A stretch of 64,000 nt of DNA, from contig JBFMCP010000002.1 in the NCBI GenBank assembly GCA_040754455.1, positions 128,001-192,000 on the forward strand. Direction: 5' to 3'. This DNA comes from Nitrospirota bacterium. GTDB taxonomy: Bacteria; Nitrospirota; Thermodesulfovibrionia; Thermodesulfovibrionales; Dissulfurispiraceae. Positions 41,060 through 51,900 of this stretch are shown piece by piece. Position 1 is the stretch's first letter. Every line of letters starts with the position of its first letter. The notes under the pieces are model-generated. The model saw nothing but the letters and a program-made list of their open reading frames with translations, was not told the origin of the DNA and did not search any database. A program made the translations under genes and the position numbers.

Positions 41060-41703
41060 AACGGATTATTTTCAGCAACCTGGGCTTAAAAGTGCTTGCG
41101 GTGGTGCTCGCCGTATCAATGTGGTTTTTTATCACCTACCGCGGACAGGCTGAAATGTCCCTCGATGTGCCGATCGGATTCAAGAACGTACCCCAGGGGC
41201 TGGAGATACTGAAACAGAGTGTGAGGAACGTGACGCTCACGATGAGGGGGCATGAGCGGCTCCTCAAGAGCCTGCGGCCCATGGATATCGGTGTGACCAT
41301 TGACCTCTCAAACGCCAAAAAAGGAGAGGCGACGTTCTTTTTCGATAAGGATAACGTGGTCGCACCGAGGACCCTGGACATCCTGCGGATAGAGCCGACC
41401 TATGTGAAAGTGACGCTCGATGAATCAATAGAAAAGGTCGTCCCGGTGAAGCCGGCGATCATCGGGACCCCTGAAAAGGGGTATCGCGTCACGACTGTCG
41501 AGGTGAAACCTTCTACCGTACGGGTGGAAGGGGCGAAGACCGAGCTGGCGAGAGTCGCCGTACTCAGGACGGAGCCCATCGACATTACCGGCCTCGATTC
41601 CGATATACGGCAGAATGTACGGCTTAATTCGAACGGAAGAAATATCAGGACGGATGTTGCTGAAGTCACCTTGAGCATTTCCATCAAGAGGGTTGAACGA
41701 TGA
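41056..41703 (+). CDS. cdaR: CdaR/YbbR-domain protein
   Basis: N-terminal anchor NLGLKVLAVVLAVSMW, two YbbR-like repeats; lies between cdaA and glmM. Confidence 0.88.
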   Translation: MKRIIFSNLGLKVLAVVLAVSMWFFITYRGQAEMSLDVPIGFKNVPQGLEILKQSVRNVTLTMRGHERLLKSLRPMDIGVTIDLSNAKKGEATFFFDKDNVVAPRTLDILRIEPTYVKVTLDESIEKVVPVKPAIIGTPEKGYRVTTVEVKPSTVRVEGAKTELARVAVLRTEPIDITGLDSDIRQNVRLNSNGRNIRTDVAEVTLSISIKRVER

Positions 41704-43055
41704 AATTATTCGGCACTGACGGTATACGGGGAAAAGTGAACAGGGCCCCCATGACGCCTGAAACGGTCTTGCGGGTGGGCATGGCGGTCGCATCGGTTTT
41801 GAAAAACGACCACGGCAGACACATGGTAGTGATCGGCAAAGACACGCGGCTCTCGGGATACATGATCGAGAGCGCACTGACTTCCGGCATCTGCGCGAAC
41901 GGGATGGATGTGACGCTCGTCGGGCCCATACCGACGCCGGGCGTTGCCTTCCTCACCAGGGCGCTGCGCCTGGATGCAGGGATTGTCATCTCCGCATCGC
42001 ACAATCCCTTCGAAGATAACGGCATCAAGATTTTCTCGCCCAGCGGGTTCAAGCTTTCCGATGAATCCGAAGCGGAGATCGAGCGGATGATCGCCGACGA
42101 TAGTTTCCCCGCGAAGAGAGCGACGGGAGAGAAGATAGGCAGGGCGGTCAGGCTCGATGATGCGACAGGACGGTACATCGAATATATCAAATCGACGATT
42201 CCGAGAGGGGCGGACCTTGAAGGTCTGAAGATCGTCGTCGACTCCGCCAACGGCGCTGCCTATAAGGTCACGCCTGTGCTCCTGAGAGAGCTCGGCGCAG
42301 AGGTCATCTCCATCAACGATAAGCCGAACGGCATCAATATCAATGATAACTGCGGCTCGCTCCACCTGGACTGCATCGCCCGTGCGGTCAAGGAGGCCGG
42401 CGCCCATGTCGGCATAGCGCACGACGGCGATGCCGACAGGACGCTCATCGTCGATGAAAAGGGCAATGTCGTCGACGGCGATCTGATCCTCGGCATCTGG
42501 GCCACGGAGCTGAAGCGGGAGGACCGGCTCAAGGGAAACGGCGTCGTCGCTACGGTGATGAGCAATCTGGGCCTCGAAAAATATTTGGAGCGGCAGGGCA
42601 TTACGCTGGTGCGGGCACAGGTTGGTGACCGCTATGTCGTCGAAGAGATGATCAAGGGCGGCTACAACCTCGGCGGTGAACAATCGGGGCATATCATCTT
42701 TTTTGACTATAACACTACCGGCGATGGGCCGATTACGGCGCTGCAGGTGCTGTACCTGATGCGGAAGAGGAACGAGCTGCTCTCCGATCTTACAAAGGGC
42801 ATCGAGCTCTATCCCCAGGTGCTGTTGAATGTCCCTGTTGCTGAGAGGAAAGATATCAAGAAGGTCCCCGAAATAGCGAAGGCTGCCGACGAAGCCGTCA
42901 GGAAACTCGGGGACAAGGGGAGGCTGCTTGTCAGGCCGTCAGGGACGGAGCTGAAAATCAGGGTGATGGTGGAGGCAGAGGATGCCGCCATGGCAAAGAG
43001 CGTGGCTGAAGAGGTGGCGGGCGTCATCACCACGAGCATGGGAGTTGTCGGTTAG
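41700..43055 (+). CDS. glmM: Phosphoglucosamine mutase
   Basis: FGTDGIRG, ISASHNP, HDGDADR, GGEQSGH, VRPSGTE. Confidence 0.97.
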   Translation: MKLFGTDGIRGKVNRAPMTPETVLRVGMAVASVLKNDHGRHMVVIGKDTRLSGYMIESALTSGICANGMDVTLVGPIPTPGVAFLTRALRLDAGIVISASHNPFEDNGIKIFSPSGFKLSDESEAEIERMIADDSFPAKRATGEKIGRAVRLDDATGRYIEYIKSTIPRGADLEGLKIVVDSANGAAYKVTPVLLRELGAEVISINDKPNGININDNCGSLHLDCIARAVKEAGAHVGIAHDGDADRTLIVDEKGNVVDGDLILGIWATELKREDRLKGNGVVATVMSNLGLEKYLERQGITLVRAQVGDRYVVEEMIKGGYNLGGEQSGHIIFFDYNTTGDGPITALQVLYLMRKRNELLSDLTKGIELYPQVLLNVPVAERKDIKKVPEIAKAADEAVRKLGDKGRLLVRPSGTELKIRVMVEAEDAAMAKSVAEEVAGVITTSMGVVG

Positions 43056-43106
43056 GCAAGGGTCCTTGCGCCCGTAACTTTTCATTACCCCTGTGAGCGA
43101 TAGACC

Positions 43107-45575
43107 ATGAGCTATCTTGCGGTATTCATCTTCGGTGCATCGCTCTTTTTTACCTCCCGATTCTTTCCTTTTTCAAGTCTCTTCGCCGCTGCCATTGTCA
43201 TTGCGCTTTTGGGTGCTTGCAGACTCAGGAGAGCGCACGATTCGTTCAGGCAGAAGACGCGTACGGTCATTATTACCGTGCTCGTTGCTGCTGCGGGGTT
43301 CTTTTATGCGCACCTCTGGTATGTTGCACCTCTGCCCCCCTCTGCGGTTGCCGGCACTACGATTGCGGTGAAAGGCACGGTGAGCTCCGAGCCCCTTCCG
43401 CTTTCCTCGCGGGACGGAATGTTTCTGCAGCAGGTGGCAATCGATGCGGCGGAGACAAGCGATCACGAACCGCTCCCCCTGAGGGAACTGCGCGTGATGA
43501 GCCGGGTCCCGCTCACACCGGATACAACGTATTCCCTCAGTGTCGCTATCCCGCGGGAAGGCTCCTTCCTCAATCCCGGAACCGGCGGGGATTTCCCTTA
43601 CGGTTACGCTGTTGCTGTGCAGGAGCATCCGGAACGCCCGGCCTTGTCCTTTGGTCCCGTGCGGGCAAAAATAGGGACCTTTATAAAGAGCAGTTTTTCT
43701 CCTGAAGCGGCGGCCTTCCTCCTCTCCATCGTCATCGGTGAGCGGAATCTCATGCCCAAGGAACTGAACAACGCCTTTAATCGCACCGGACTCGCCCATC
43801 TGCTGAGCATATCCGGAGCTCATTTCGGACTGTTGTTTTTCATTCTCTTCCGGATATTCAGCTGTGCGGTGGTGCGGCTGCCCCATTCTCTGCTGGTCAG
43901 ATTGACGCTCTATACGACGCCGTCCCAGATCGCGGCACTCCTCTCCCTGCCTTTTATGGCCGGCTATCTCGGCATCTCTTCCGCCAGTATCCCTGCAGTC
44001 AGGGCATTTATCATGATTACCCTCTTCCTCTTCGGTCTTTTTGTGCAGAGAGAAGGGTTCTGGCTTGCCTCGCTGCTTTTTGCAGCGGCGCTCATTATCC
44101 TTATGCACCCTGGTGCGATGCTCGACCTTTCGTTCCAGCTCTCCTTCATCGCTGTTCTGTGCATCGGCATGGTAGCGGAACAAAGAGGCAAAGAACCGGC
44201 GTATCGGAGAGCGGGAGAACCGGAGAGAGAAAATACGGAAAATGACGAAGGTGTCATTAAACGCATTCTCCGTTTTATCCTTTTGCCTGCTCGCCGCTTT
44301 ATCGCTTCATCCCTGCTCATCTCACTCGCGGCAACCGTCGGTACCGCTCCGCTCGTGGCATATTCTTTTCATTATTTCTCGTTGGTATCTCCTCTTACCA
44401 ATCTCGTCATAACGCCCCTGGTGGGGTTTGTCATCCTCCCGCTCGCCCTCGCTGCTTCATCCGCTTTTCTCATCTTCGGCGCATTTCCCGACCCCTCTTT
44501 CATCGACAAGCTGACATGCGTTGCACTTGATCTCATAAACTATGCGGCCCGCTGGGATATGGCGGATATCAAGATCCCCGCGTTCCCTTTGATACTCCTC
44601 CTCATGTTCTATTGCGGGATGCTCTTCTTTTTTATTTTGAACATCGGACAGCACGCTGCCGGGCGCAGCAGACTTCACCGGTTCGCTGCGGCATTCTCAG
44701 TGACGATAGCCATTCTGCCTTTGCTGGTCTACGCAGGGTTCAGGGCTGCGGAGCAGAAGGAGCTGCATATTACCTATCTCGATGTGGGGCAGGGGGATGC
44801 CGCGGTTGTCGAACTGCCTGATGAGAGAGTCCTGGTGGTGGATACAGGAAGGAACGGATTCCAGGTCGGAGCATTTTTGAGATATCGGGGTATCAGGAGG
44901 ATCGATGCAGTGGTTCTGTCCCATGGGCAATCAGACCACGCAGGAGGAATGGAGTACCTGCTGAAGCATTTCGACGTACAGGAAGTCTGGGACAATGATC
45001 GCCTGGTGTATGCCGACGGATTTCTGGGAGCATCACTCCACCGGGGCTTTCAGCGGGGAGATGTTATTGAAGGGAGCGGCGGGTACCGTATTGATGTCCT
45101 CCATCCCTACAGCGGCTTTTATACCCCGGCCAGAGGGGAGAGTGATGAGAACAACGACTCGTTCGTATTTAAGATTAGGGGGAGAAAGAATGACTTCCTC
45201 TTTGCAGGGGACATCGAAAGTGCGGCAGCGGCAGACCTTTCGAGCCTCGACGCCTATCTCAGGAGCACGGTGCTGAAGGTCCCTCATCACGGAAGCCGCT
45301 CAGCGGCATCTGAAGCGTTCTTCCGTGCGGTCTCGCCCGAAATAGCCGTTATCAGTGTGGGGCGCAATAACCGGTACGGCCACCCGCACCATGAAATCCT
45401 GGAGATGCTCGGAACAACAAAGACTTTCAGAACCGATAGCGACGGCGCCATAGGTTTCGTCGAACATGCCGATGGAACACTCGATATCAGGACGTGGAGC
45501 GGGTTTCAGCTTGGAGAGGCACGAACGATCCGGGATGAAGTGGTTAATTTTAAAAAACTTTTTCTTGTATGGTAA
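43107..45575 (+). CDS. comEC: ComEC/Rec2 competence protein
   Basis: GLAHLLSISGAH, SFQLSF, DVGQGDA, SHGQSDHAGG, KVPHHGS, YGHPH. Confidence 0.93.
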   Translation: MSYLAVFIFGASLFFTSRFFPFSSLFAAAIVIALLGACRLRRAHDSFRQKTRTVIITVLVAAAGFFYAHLWYVAPLPPSAVAGTTIAVKGTVSSEPLPLSSRDGMFLQQVAIDAAETSDHEPLPLRELRVMSRVPLTPDTTYSLSVAIPREGSFLNPGTGGDFPYGYAVAVQEHPERPALSFGPVRAKIGTFIKSSFSPEAAAFLLSIVIGERNLMPKELNNAFNRTGLAHLLSISGAHFGLLFFILFRIFSCAVVRLPHSLLVRLTLYTTPSQIAALLSLPFMAGYLGISSASIPAVRAFIMITLFLFGLFVQREGFWLASLLFAAALIILMHPGAMLDLSFQLSFIAVLCIGMVAEQRGKEPAYRRAGEPERENTENDEGVIKRILRFILLPARRFIASSLLISLAATVGTAPLVAYSFHYFSLVSPLTNLVITPLVGFVILPLALAASSAFLIFGAFPDPSFIDKLTCVALDLINYAARWDMADIKIPAFPLILLLMFYCGMLFFFILNIGQHAAGRSRLHRFAAAFSVTIAILPLLVYAGFRAAEQKELHITYLDVGQGDAAVVELPDERVLVVDTGRNGFQVGAFLRYRGIRRIDAVVLSHGQSDHAGGMEYLLKHFDVQEVWDNDRLVYADGFLGASLHRGFQRGDVIEGSGGYRIDVLHPYSGFYTPARGESDENNDSFVFKIRGRKNDFLFAGDIESAAAADLSSLDAYLRSTVLKVPHHGSRSAASEAFFRAVSPEIAVISVGRNNRYGHPHHEILEMLGTTKTFRTDSDGAIGFVEHADGTLDIRTWSGFQLGEARTIRDEVVNFKKLFLVW

Positions 45576-45679
45576 AATAATTGGTTATCAGCCGTCAGCA
45601 AAGGGCAGAGAAAAACAGCATAAAGGTCTTTACCTATGCTGAAGGCTGATTGTTGAGGGCTATTCTGGTGGAGAAAAAT

Positions 45680-46321
45680 ATGATTGCCATTGTTGATTAC
45701 GGGATGGGAAACATAAGGAGCGTCGAAAAAGGATTCATCAAGGTCGGCGCCGGGGTGAAGGTCACGTCCGACCCCAAGGTAATCGCTGATGCGAAAGGCA
45801 TCGTGCTTCCCGGTGTGGGGGCATTCAAGGATTGCATGGCCAATCTCGACAAGCTCTCACTCCTCGACGTGATCACCAGGGAGATAGCAAAGGGCAAGCC
45901 CTATCTCGGCATCTGCCTCGGCCTTCAGATACTGTTTGCCGAGTCCGAGGAATTCGGCTTCTGCAAGGGCATGAACGTGCTCAGAGGAAAGGTGGTCAAA
46001 TTCAGATTTGATGGTAATCAGCAATCAGCAGTCAGCAATCAGCAATTAAAGATTCCACATATGGGATGGAATACGGCGCGGTTGATCAGGAAACCGCCGA
46101 TCTTCGGCGGAATTGACGATCAGTCATATTTCTACTTTGTCCACTCCTACTATGTCGTGCCCGAGGACGAGGGTGTTATTGCTGCGCGGACCGACTACGG
46201 CGTCGATTTCGTCTCGATGGTATGGAAGGATAATATCTTCGCCACGCAGTTCCATCCGGAAAAGAGTCAGGACCTTGGACTGAAGATTCTCAAGGGATTT
46301 AGCGAGTTTGTAACAAAGTGA
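45680..46321 (+). CDS. hisH: Imidazole glycerol phosphate synthase glutaminase subunit
   Basis: [40 protein letters not shown]. Confidence 0.97.
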   Translation: MIAIVDYGMGNIRSVEKGFIKVGAGVKVTSDPKVIADAKGIVLPGVGAFKDCMANLDKLSLLDVITREIAKGKPYLGICLGLQILFAESEEFGFCKGMNVLRGKVVKFRFDGNQQSAVSNQQLKIPHMGWNTARLIRKPPIFGGIDDQSYFYFVHSYYVVPEDEGVIAARTDYGVDFVSMVWKDNIFATQFHPEKSQDLGLKILKGFSEFVTK

Positions 46322-48222
46322 GCGAACAGACCGTAAAAAGCATTATCCTCGGTACCGCAGGACATATCGACCACGGCAAAAGTTCTCTGGTGAAGGCACT
46401 CACCGGAGTCGATCCCGACCGCCTGAAAGAGGAGAAGGAGCGGGGCATCACCATAGACCTCGGCTTTGCCAGCCTCTCGTACCCCGACGGACTTTCGGTG
46501 GGGATTGTCGATGTGCCCGGACATGAGCGCCTGATCAAAAACATGCTGGCGGGTGCGGGCGGCATCGATATCCTGCTCATGGTGATTGCCGCCGACGAGG
46601 GCATCATGCCCCAGAGCCGCGAACACCTCGCCATCTGCGAGCTCCTCAAAATCAAGGACGGCATTGTCGTCGTCACCAAGGCGGATCTCGTCGATGAGGA
46701 GTGGCTGCAGCTTGTTACTGAAGATGTGCGGACTTTTGTTAAGGGAACTTTCCTCGAGCACGCGGAAATCATCCCGGTGTCGGCTAAGAGCGGTCTGAAT
46801 CTCGAGAAGCTCAAGGACAAGATACACGAGGTGGCCCGTACCGTTAAGCCGAAGCTGATCGACGGGCTGTTCAGGCTCCCGATCGATAGGGTATTTACCC
46901 TGAAGGGATTCGGCACGGTCGTGACCGGCACCGCACTGTCAGGGACTATCGCACTGGATGCCCCTGTCGAGATACTGCCCTCACGCATCAGCACCAAAGT
47001 GCGGGGACTCCAGAGCCACGGCAGGAGCGTTGATAAAGCATTTGCCGGGCAGCGCATCGGCATCAATCTCCAGGGCGTCGACAAAGACCTGCTCAAGCGC
47101 GGAGATGTGGTGGTCGATTCGGACAAGCTCGTTCCCACTGCGGTGCTGGATGCGGAGCTGGAGCTCCTTGAGGACGCCCCGCTGCTCAAGAGCAGGGACC
47201 GGGTGCATTTTTACGCAGGGACCTCGGAGACGATCGCCAGGATTGTTATCTATGACCGGGATGAGGTGAGGGCAGGCGAATCGTGCTACTGCCAGTTCCG
47301 CCTCGAAGAGCCGATCGTCGCCCTCTCCGGCGACCGGTACATCATCAGGAGGTTTTCGCCCCTCGAAACGATCGGCGGAGGGTCGATTCTCGATCCCTAC
47401 CCGATCAAGCGCAAAAGGAGCACCGGTATCGAGGACCTCATCCTTTTCAAGGAGGGGTCGCTGAGGGATAAGATCGAGGTAAAGGTAAAGAGGGCGCATA
47501 TCAACGGCTGCCGTATTGCCGAAATCGAAGGATGGATCCAGGCGAATATTCCCGAGATAAGAACAAACATCGAGCAATTGCTCAAAGAGGGTATACTGGT
47601 CAAGAGCAGCGACGTCCTGTTCCATAAGACCGCGCTGGCCGCCTTTAGAGAGGCGCTCATCGCAGAGCTCAAACGGTTTCATAAAGAGCATCCCCTGAAG
47701 CCGGGCATGACAAAAGAGGACCTGAGGACGCGCATCAGGATCTATCAAAAGGATGCCGAGAGGGTCTTCAACAGTCTGGTCGATATGGTGAAGGAAGTGG
47801 TGGTCGAGAAGGAGACGGTACGTCTCAAGGACTTCACGGTGGCCCTGACCAGCACGGATGAGGGAGTGAAGGGCAGGATCATCGCAACCCTCAACAAAGA
47901 GGGATTTCAGCCCTCATTCAAGCCCGAGCTCGCCCAGAAGCTGTCCCTTGGTGAAAGGGAGCTCGGCGATCTGCTCAAGCTCCTGACTGCGGAGGGCGCG
48001 CTGGTGCGCATCAACGATTCCCTGTATATAACGAAAGAGCAGTATGACAGGATCATCGCATTGCTGAAAGACTTCTCTTCGAAAAAGAGCGAGATGACCG
48101 TTGCGGAGTTCCGAGACCTCCTGGGCACTACCCGCAAGTATGCCCTTCCGTTCCTCGAGTATTTCGATTCCCATCGGATGACGCTGAGGGTTGGGGATAC
48201 GAGAAAATTAATGATAAAATAA
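46318..48222 (+). CDS. selB: Selenocysteine-specific elongation factor
   Basis: [31 protein letters not shown]-terminal winged helix [13 protein letters not shown]. Confidence 0.96.
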   Translation: MSEQTVKSIILGTAGHIDHGKSSLVKALTGVDPDRLKEEKERGITIDLGFASLSYPDGLSVGIVDVPGHERLIKNMLAGAGGIDILLMVIAADEGIMPQSREHLAICELLKIKDGIVVVTKADLVDEEWLQLVTEDVRTFVKGTFLEHAEIIPVSAKSGLNLEKLKDKIHEVARTVKPKLIDGLFRLPIDRVFTLKGFGTVVTGTALSGTIALDAPVEILPSRISTKVRGLQSHGRSVDKAFAGQRIGINLQGVDKDLLKRGDVVVDSDKLVPTAVLDAELELLEDAPLLKSRDRVHFYAGTSETIARIVIYDRDEVRAGESCYCQFRLEEPIVALSGDRYIIRRFSPLETIGGGSILDPYPIKRKRSTGIEDLILFKEGSLRDKIEVKVKRAHINGCRIAEIEGWIQANIPEIRTNIEQLLKEGILVKSSDVLFHKTALAAFREALIAELKRFHKEHPLKPGMTKEDLRTRIRIYQKDAERVFNSLVDMVKEVVVEKETVRLKDFTVALTSTDEGVKGRIIATLNKEGFQPSFKPELAQKLSLGERELGDLLKLLTAEGALVRINDSLYITKEQYDRIIALLKDFSSKKSEMTVAEFRDLLGTTRKYALPFLEYFDSHRMTLRVGDTRKLMIK

Positions 48223-48359
48223 AAAAGAATTCAGAATTCAGGAGCCGGAAGCCAGAGTAAAGAAAAAGATCTGAACTGATTTATTCTGACTCCTGGATTC
48301 TGGCTTCCGGCTCCAGTTTTTACTACTAACAACTACGAAAGGGCAGTACAGCGAACACA

Positions 48360-49814
48360 ATGAAAAGACGGTTACTCTGGATTCCGGCCATTCTTCTGAT
48401 CGGGTTCTTATTGGGCGGCATCACCTATTATTTCCTCAGCAAGAGTATTGCGCCTACCTATATCCCGTTTACTCCACGGGTCCCTGGGTCGATCGTCGAG
48501 AGCTCGAGGGCCTTCTCCGAAATCGTGCGTGCGGTCTCTCCCTCGGTCGTCAATATATCGAGTATCAAGACACTCAAGCGCCAGCCGACCCCCTTTGATG
48601 AATTCTTCGATTTCCTCTACCCGTTTCCTGACGGCAATGCGAAGCGATGGAAAGAGCAGAGCCTCGGCTCCGGTGTCATCGTTTCTGCAGACGGCTATAT
48701 TGTCACGAACAACCATGTCGTCGAGCAATCGGACGATATCAAGGTGATCCTCTTCGACAAGCGGAGCTTCAGGGCGAAGATCATCGGAGCAGACCCCAAG
48801 ACCGACCTTGCCATCATCAAGATCAATGCGAAGGACCTCCCCGTCGTCCCCTGGGGAGACTCGGAGCGGCTCCAGGTGGGTGAGTTTGTTCTCGCGATAG
48901 GTAATCCTTTCGGCTTGCGGCATACCGTTACCATGGGCATCATCAGTGCCGTGGGCCGGGCGGATGTCGGCATTGCCGATTACGAAAATTTCATTCAGAC
49001 CGATGCTGCCATTAACCCCGGCAACTCCGGCGGGCCGTTGGTCAATATCAAGGGAGAGCTGATCGGCATCAATACCGCCATATTCTCGAAGACCGGCGGC
49101 TATCAGGGGATCGGGTTTGCGGTGCCGAGCGGCATGGTCCGCGTCGTTATGGAGCAGCTGATCAGCAAAGGGAAAGTCACCAGAGGATGGATCGGCGTCA
49201 CCATCCAGGAGCTCACCCCCGAGATCGCCCAGAAGTTCAACCTCAAGACCTCTGACGGCGCTCTGGTAAGCGATGTGGCAAAGGGGAGCCCAGCACACAA
49301 GGCAGGGATCATGAGAGGCGATATTATCCTCGAGTTTGACGGGAAAAAAATCAGCGATGTTGGTGTGCTGCGGAATATGGTCGCCCAGAGCAGGGTCGGG
49401 TCACAGGTCCCGATACGGCTGCTGAGAGGGGGCAAGGAGCTGATAGTAACGGCAACCATTACCGAGCTGCCATCGGACGGGACCGAGCCGGCGCCGGGTG
49501 CGCCGCAAAGGCCGGAAGAGGAGGGAAGCGTTCTGTCCGGAATCGCTGCCGTCGACCTTAACCGTGCCATCGCAAAGCAGCTCGGCGTCGATAAGGACGA
49601 AAAGGGCGTTGTCATCATAAAGGTCGAACCGGGGTCTCCGGCGGATGAGTCGGGGATCAGGAAGGGCGATATCATCCAGGAGATCGACCGGCAGAAGATC
49701 AACAACCTGAACGACTTCAACAGGGTCATTTCCAAGACAAAGGCCGATGATGCGGTCTTGCTGTTCATCAACCGCAACGGCAGGAAGTTCTATGTTGCGG
49801 TATCGCCGCAATAA
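48360..49814 (+). CDS. HtrA/DegP serine protease with two PDZ domains
   Basis: TNNHVV, DLA, QTDAAINPGNSGG, two PDZ domains. Confidence 0.95.
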   Translation: MKRRLLWIPAILLIGFLLGGITYYFLSKSIAPTYIPFTPRVPGSIVESSRAFSEIVRAVSPSVVNISSIKTLKRQPTPFDEFFDFLYPFPDGNAKRWKEQSLGSGVIVSADGYIVTNNHVVEQSDDIKVILFDKRSFRAKIIGADPKTDLAIIKINAKDLPVVPWGDSERLQVGEFVLAIGNPFGLRHTVTMGIISAVGRADVGIADYENFIQTDAAINPGNSGGPLVNIKGELIGINTAIFSKTGGYQGIGFAVPSGMVRVVMEQLISKGKVTRGWIGVTIQELTPEIAQKFNLKTSDGALVSDVAKGSPAHKAGIMRGDIILEFDGKKISDVGVLRNMVAQSRVGSQVPIRLLRGGKELIVTATITELPSDGTEPAPGAPQRPEEEGSVLSGIAAVDLNRAIAKQLGVDKDEKGVVIIKVEPGSPADESGIRKGDIIQEIDRQKINNLNDFNRVISKTKADDAVLLFINRNGRKFYVAVSPQ

Positions 49815-49916
49815 AGGCAAATCCTAACCACGAAACTCTAAATCCTAAATTAAGGACTTTAGGTTCAGCGTTTAGATAGTAGATTTCGGATTTTAACGAG
49901 AGGAGGTGATACAGAG

Positions 49917-50897
49917 GTGCATATACTTGCAAAGAGTGCTGTTGTCGCGATCTTTGTCATAGTAGGCTATTTTTACGGTTTCAGATACGGCTTTATTGTA
50001 GAAGGATTGGTTGCAGGACTTTTTCTCGGCCTTATCTCTCTCTTGGTCGAATCCCGCCTGCGGAGGGTCTCCTTTGGCTCTGTGCTCGGTGGCCTGGTCG
50101 GATTGGGGATGGGCCTGGTGTTCGCAGTGCTGCTGCTCTTCCCCCTTCGCTCCATTGTTACCGACGAAAACTGGGGAATCGCATCATTTGTGCTTACAGC
50201 GGTCCTTGGCTACGGCGGCCTGTTCGTCGGGCTGCAGAGGGGCAAGAATCTCACTATTCCCGCAATTATGCGGCTGTTCAAAGGACAGGAGCTCGAGCAG
50301 GACATTAAGATACTGGATACCAGCGTCATTATCGACGGCCGCATTGCAGATGTCATTGAGGCGGGATTTCTTGAAGGCACGTTCATTATTGCCCAGTTCA
50401 TCCTGCAGGAGCTGCAGTACATCGCGGATTCGCCGGACCCCATGAGAAGGGCGAAAGGAAGGCGGGGGCTCGATATCCTCCATCGCATTCAGAAGATGGC
50501 GAACATCAAGGTAAGGATTGTTGAAGAGGACTTTCCGAAGATCAAGGAGGTCGATGCGAAGCTCATCTCCCTTGCACGGCTGATGAACGGCAAGATCATC
50601 ACCAATGATTTCAATCTGAACAAGGTGGCGCAGCTCCAGGGCGTCCCGGTACTCAACATCAATGAGCTGGCCAATGTTCTCAAGCCGGTGGTGCTGCCGG
50701 GCGAAGTGCTGAACCTTTTTATCGTCAAAGAGGGCAAGGAGCACAATCAGGGCGTCGCTTACCTCGATGATGGAACAATGGTAGTTGTGGAGAATGCGAG
50801 AAGACTGATAGGAAGGAATGCCGATCTGGTGGTCACCAGCGTCCTGCAGACAACGGCGGGAAGGATGATCTTTGCACGGCTGAAGGAAGAGGAGTAA
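49917..50897 (+). CDS. PIN/TRAM-domain membrane protein (YacL-like)
   Basis: TM region, LDTSVIIDGRI, RGLDIL, TNDFNLNK, GVAYLDDGTMVVVE; precedes ispDF. Confidence 0.92.
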   Translation: MHILAKSAVVAIFVIVGYFYGFRYGFIVEGLVAGLFLGLISLLVESRLRRVSFGSVLGGLVGLGMGLVFAVLLLFPLRSIVTDENWGIASFVLTAVLGYGGLFVGLQRGKNLTIPAIMRLFKGQELEQDIKILDTSVIIDGRIADVIEAGFLEGTFIIAQFILQELQYIADSPDPMRRAKGRRGLDILHRIQKMANIKVRIVEEDFPKIKEVDAKLISLARLMNGKIITNDFNLNKVAQLQGVPVLNINELANVLKPVVLPGEVLNLFIVKEGKEHNQGVAYLDDGTMVVVENARRLIGRNADLVVTSVLQTTAGRMIFARLKEEE

Positions 50898-50899
50898 GG

Positions 50900-51061
50900 A
50901 AGTGGCAGGAGTGGGTACGGAAAGGAGCTTTCTCATGCGCAATTTATTTGAATGGATATGCCTCTCTCAATTGTAAAGATAGATGCTATCGAGGATGTGA
51001 GATCTTAGTGGAAGCTAAGGAGGCGCTAGAAAGCTCCTTTCCGTACCCACTCCTGCCACTT
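50900..51061. repeat. 162-bp element bounded by perfect 34-bp inverted repeats (MITE-like or structured RNA)
   Basis: AAGTGGCAGGAGTGGGTACGGAAAGGAGCTTTCT at 50900-50933 and its exact reverse complement at 51028-51061. Confidence 0.85.
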
Positions 51062-51087
51062 ATATAGTGGAAAGAGAATAAAAGAAT

Positions 51088-51816
51088 ATGGATCACAAGA
51101 AGGGAAAGATTGCCGCTATTGTTCCTGCTGCGGGGGTCGGGAAGCGGTTCGGCCAGGACAGGAACAAATCGCTCTATGAGCTTGCAGGAAAGCCGCTGCT
51201 GATCTGGGTGCTCGAAGCGCTCCAGGGCGTGGGGGAGATTGACGAGATCGTCCCGGTGCTCAAGGGCGAGGATATCGCGCCAGGTGCTGCATTGATAGAG
51301 CAGTATGGTATTACGAAAGTGAAGCGTGTCATTCCCGGCGGCAGGGAGCGACAGGATTCGGTTTATAACGGTCTCAAAGCTCTGGACGGCAGGGCCTCTG
51401 TTGTTGCTATTCATGATGGAGCACGGCCGCTGGCGGATGCGGAGTTGATCCGGAGGACCCTTAGGGGCCTCGGCGATTTTGATGGTGCTGTTGCAGCAGT
51501 GCCGGTGAAGGATACCATAAAAGAAGGTAAGCTCCACAGGGATGAGGAGGGGAGCGAAACTAATGAGATTGTCGTCAGGAGGACATTAGACCGTGCGGTC
51601 CTCTGGGCGATCCAGACGCCCCAGACCTTTTACTTGGAGAAGCTTAGGAATGCACACGAGAAAGCGCGTGCCGATGAATATTACGCTACCGATGATGCAG
51701 CCCTTGTCGAAAAATACGGAGGGTTGATAAGGATCGTCGAGGGCTCCTATAGGAATATCAAGGTAACCACGCCTGAAGATATCGCCATCGCGGAAGCCCT
51801 CTTGAAATGTAGATAG
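51088..51816 (+). CDS. ispD: 2-C-methyl-D-erythritol 4-phosphate cytidylyltransferase
   Basis: PAAGVGKRF, GGRERQDSV, IHDGARP, QTPQ, NIKVTTPED. Confidence 0.96.
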   Translation: MDHKKGKIAAIVPAAGVGKRFGQDRNKSLYELAGKPLLIWVLEALQGVGEIDEIVPVLKGEDIAPGAALIEQYGITKVKRVIPGGRERQDSVYNGLKALDGRASVVAIHDGARPLADAELIRRTLRGLGDFDGAVAAVPVKDTIKEGKLHRDEEGSETNEIVVRRTLDRAVLWAIQTPQTFYLEKLRNAHEKARADEYYATDDAALVEKYGGLIRIVEGSYRNIKVTTPEDIAIAEALLKCR

Positions 51817-51900
51817 CCCGTATCCGGCTCCTCACTATGCCTTCCTGAATAGAGAATCAAAATGCTCAAATTTGTTGCATTTGTTTTATAATGTAAGCCT

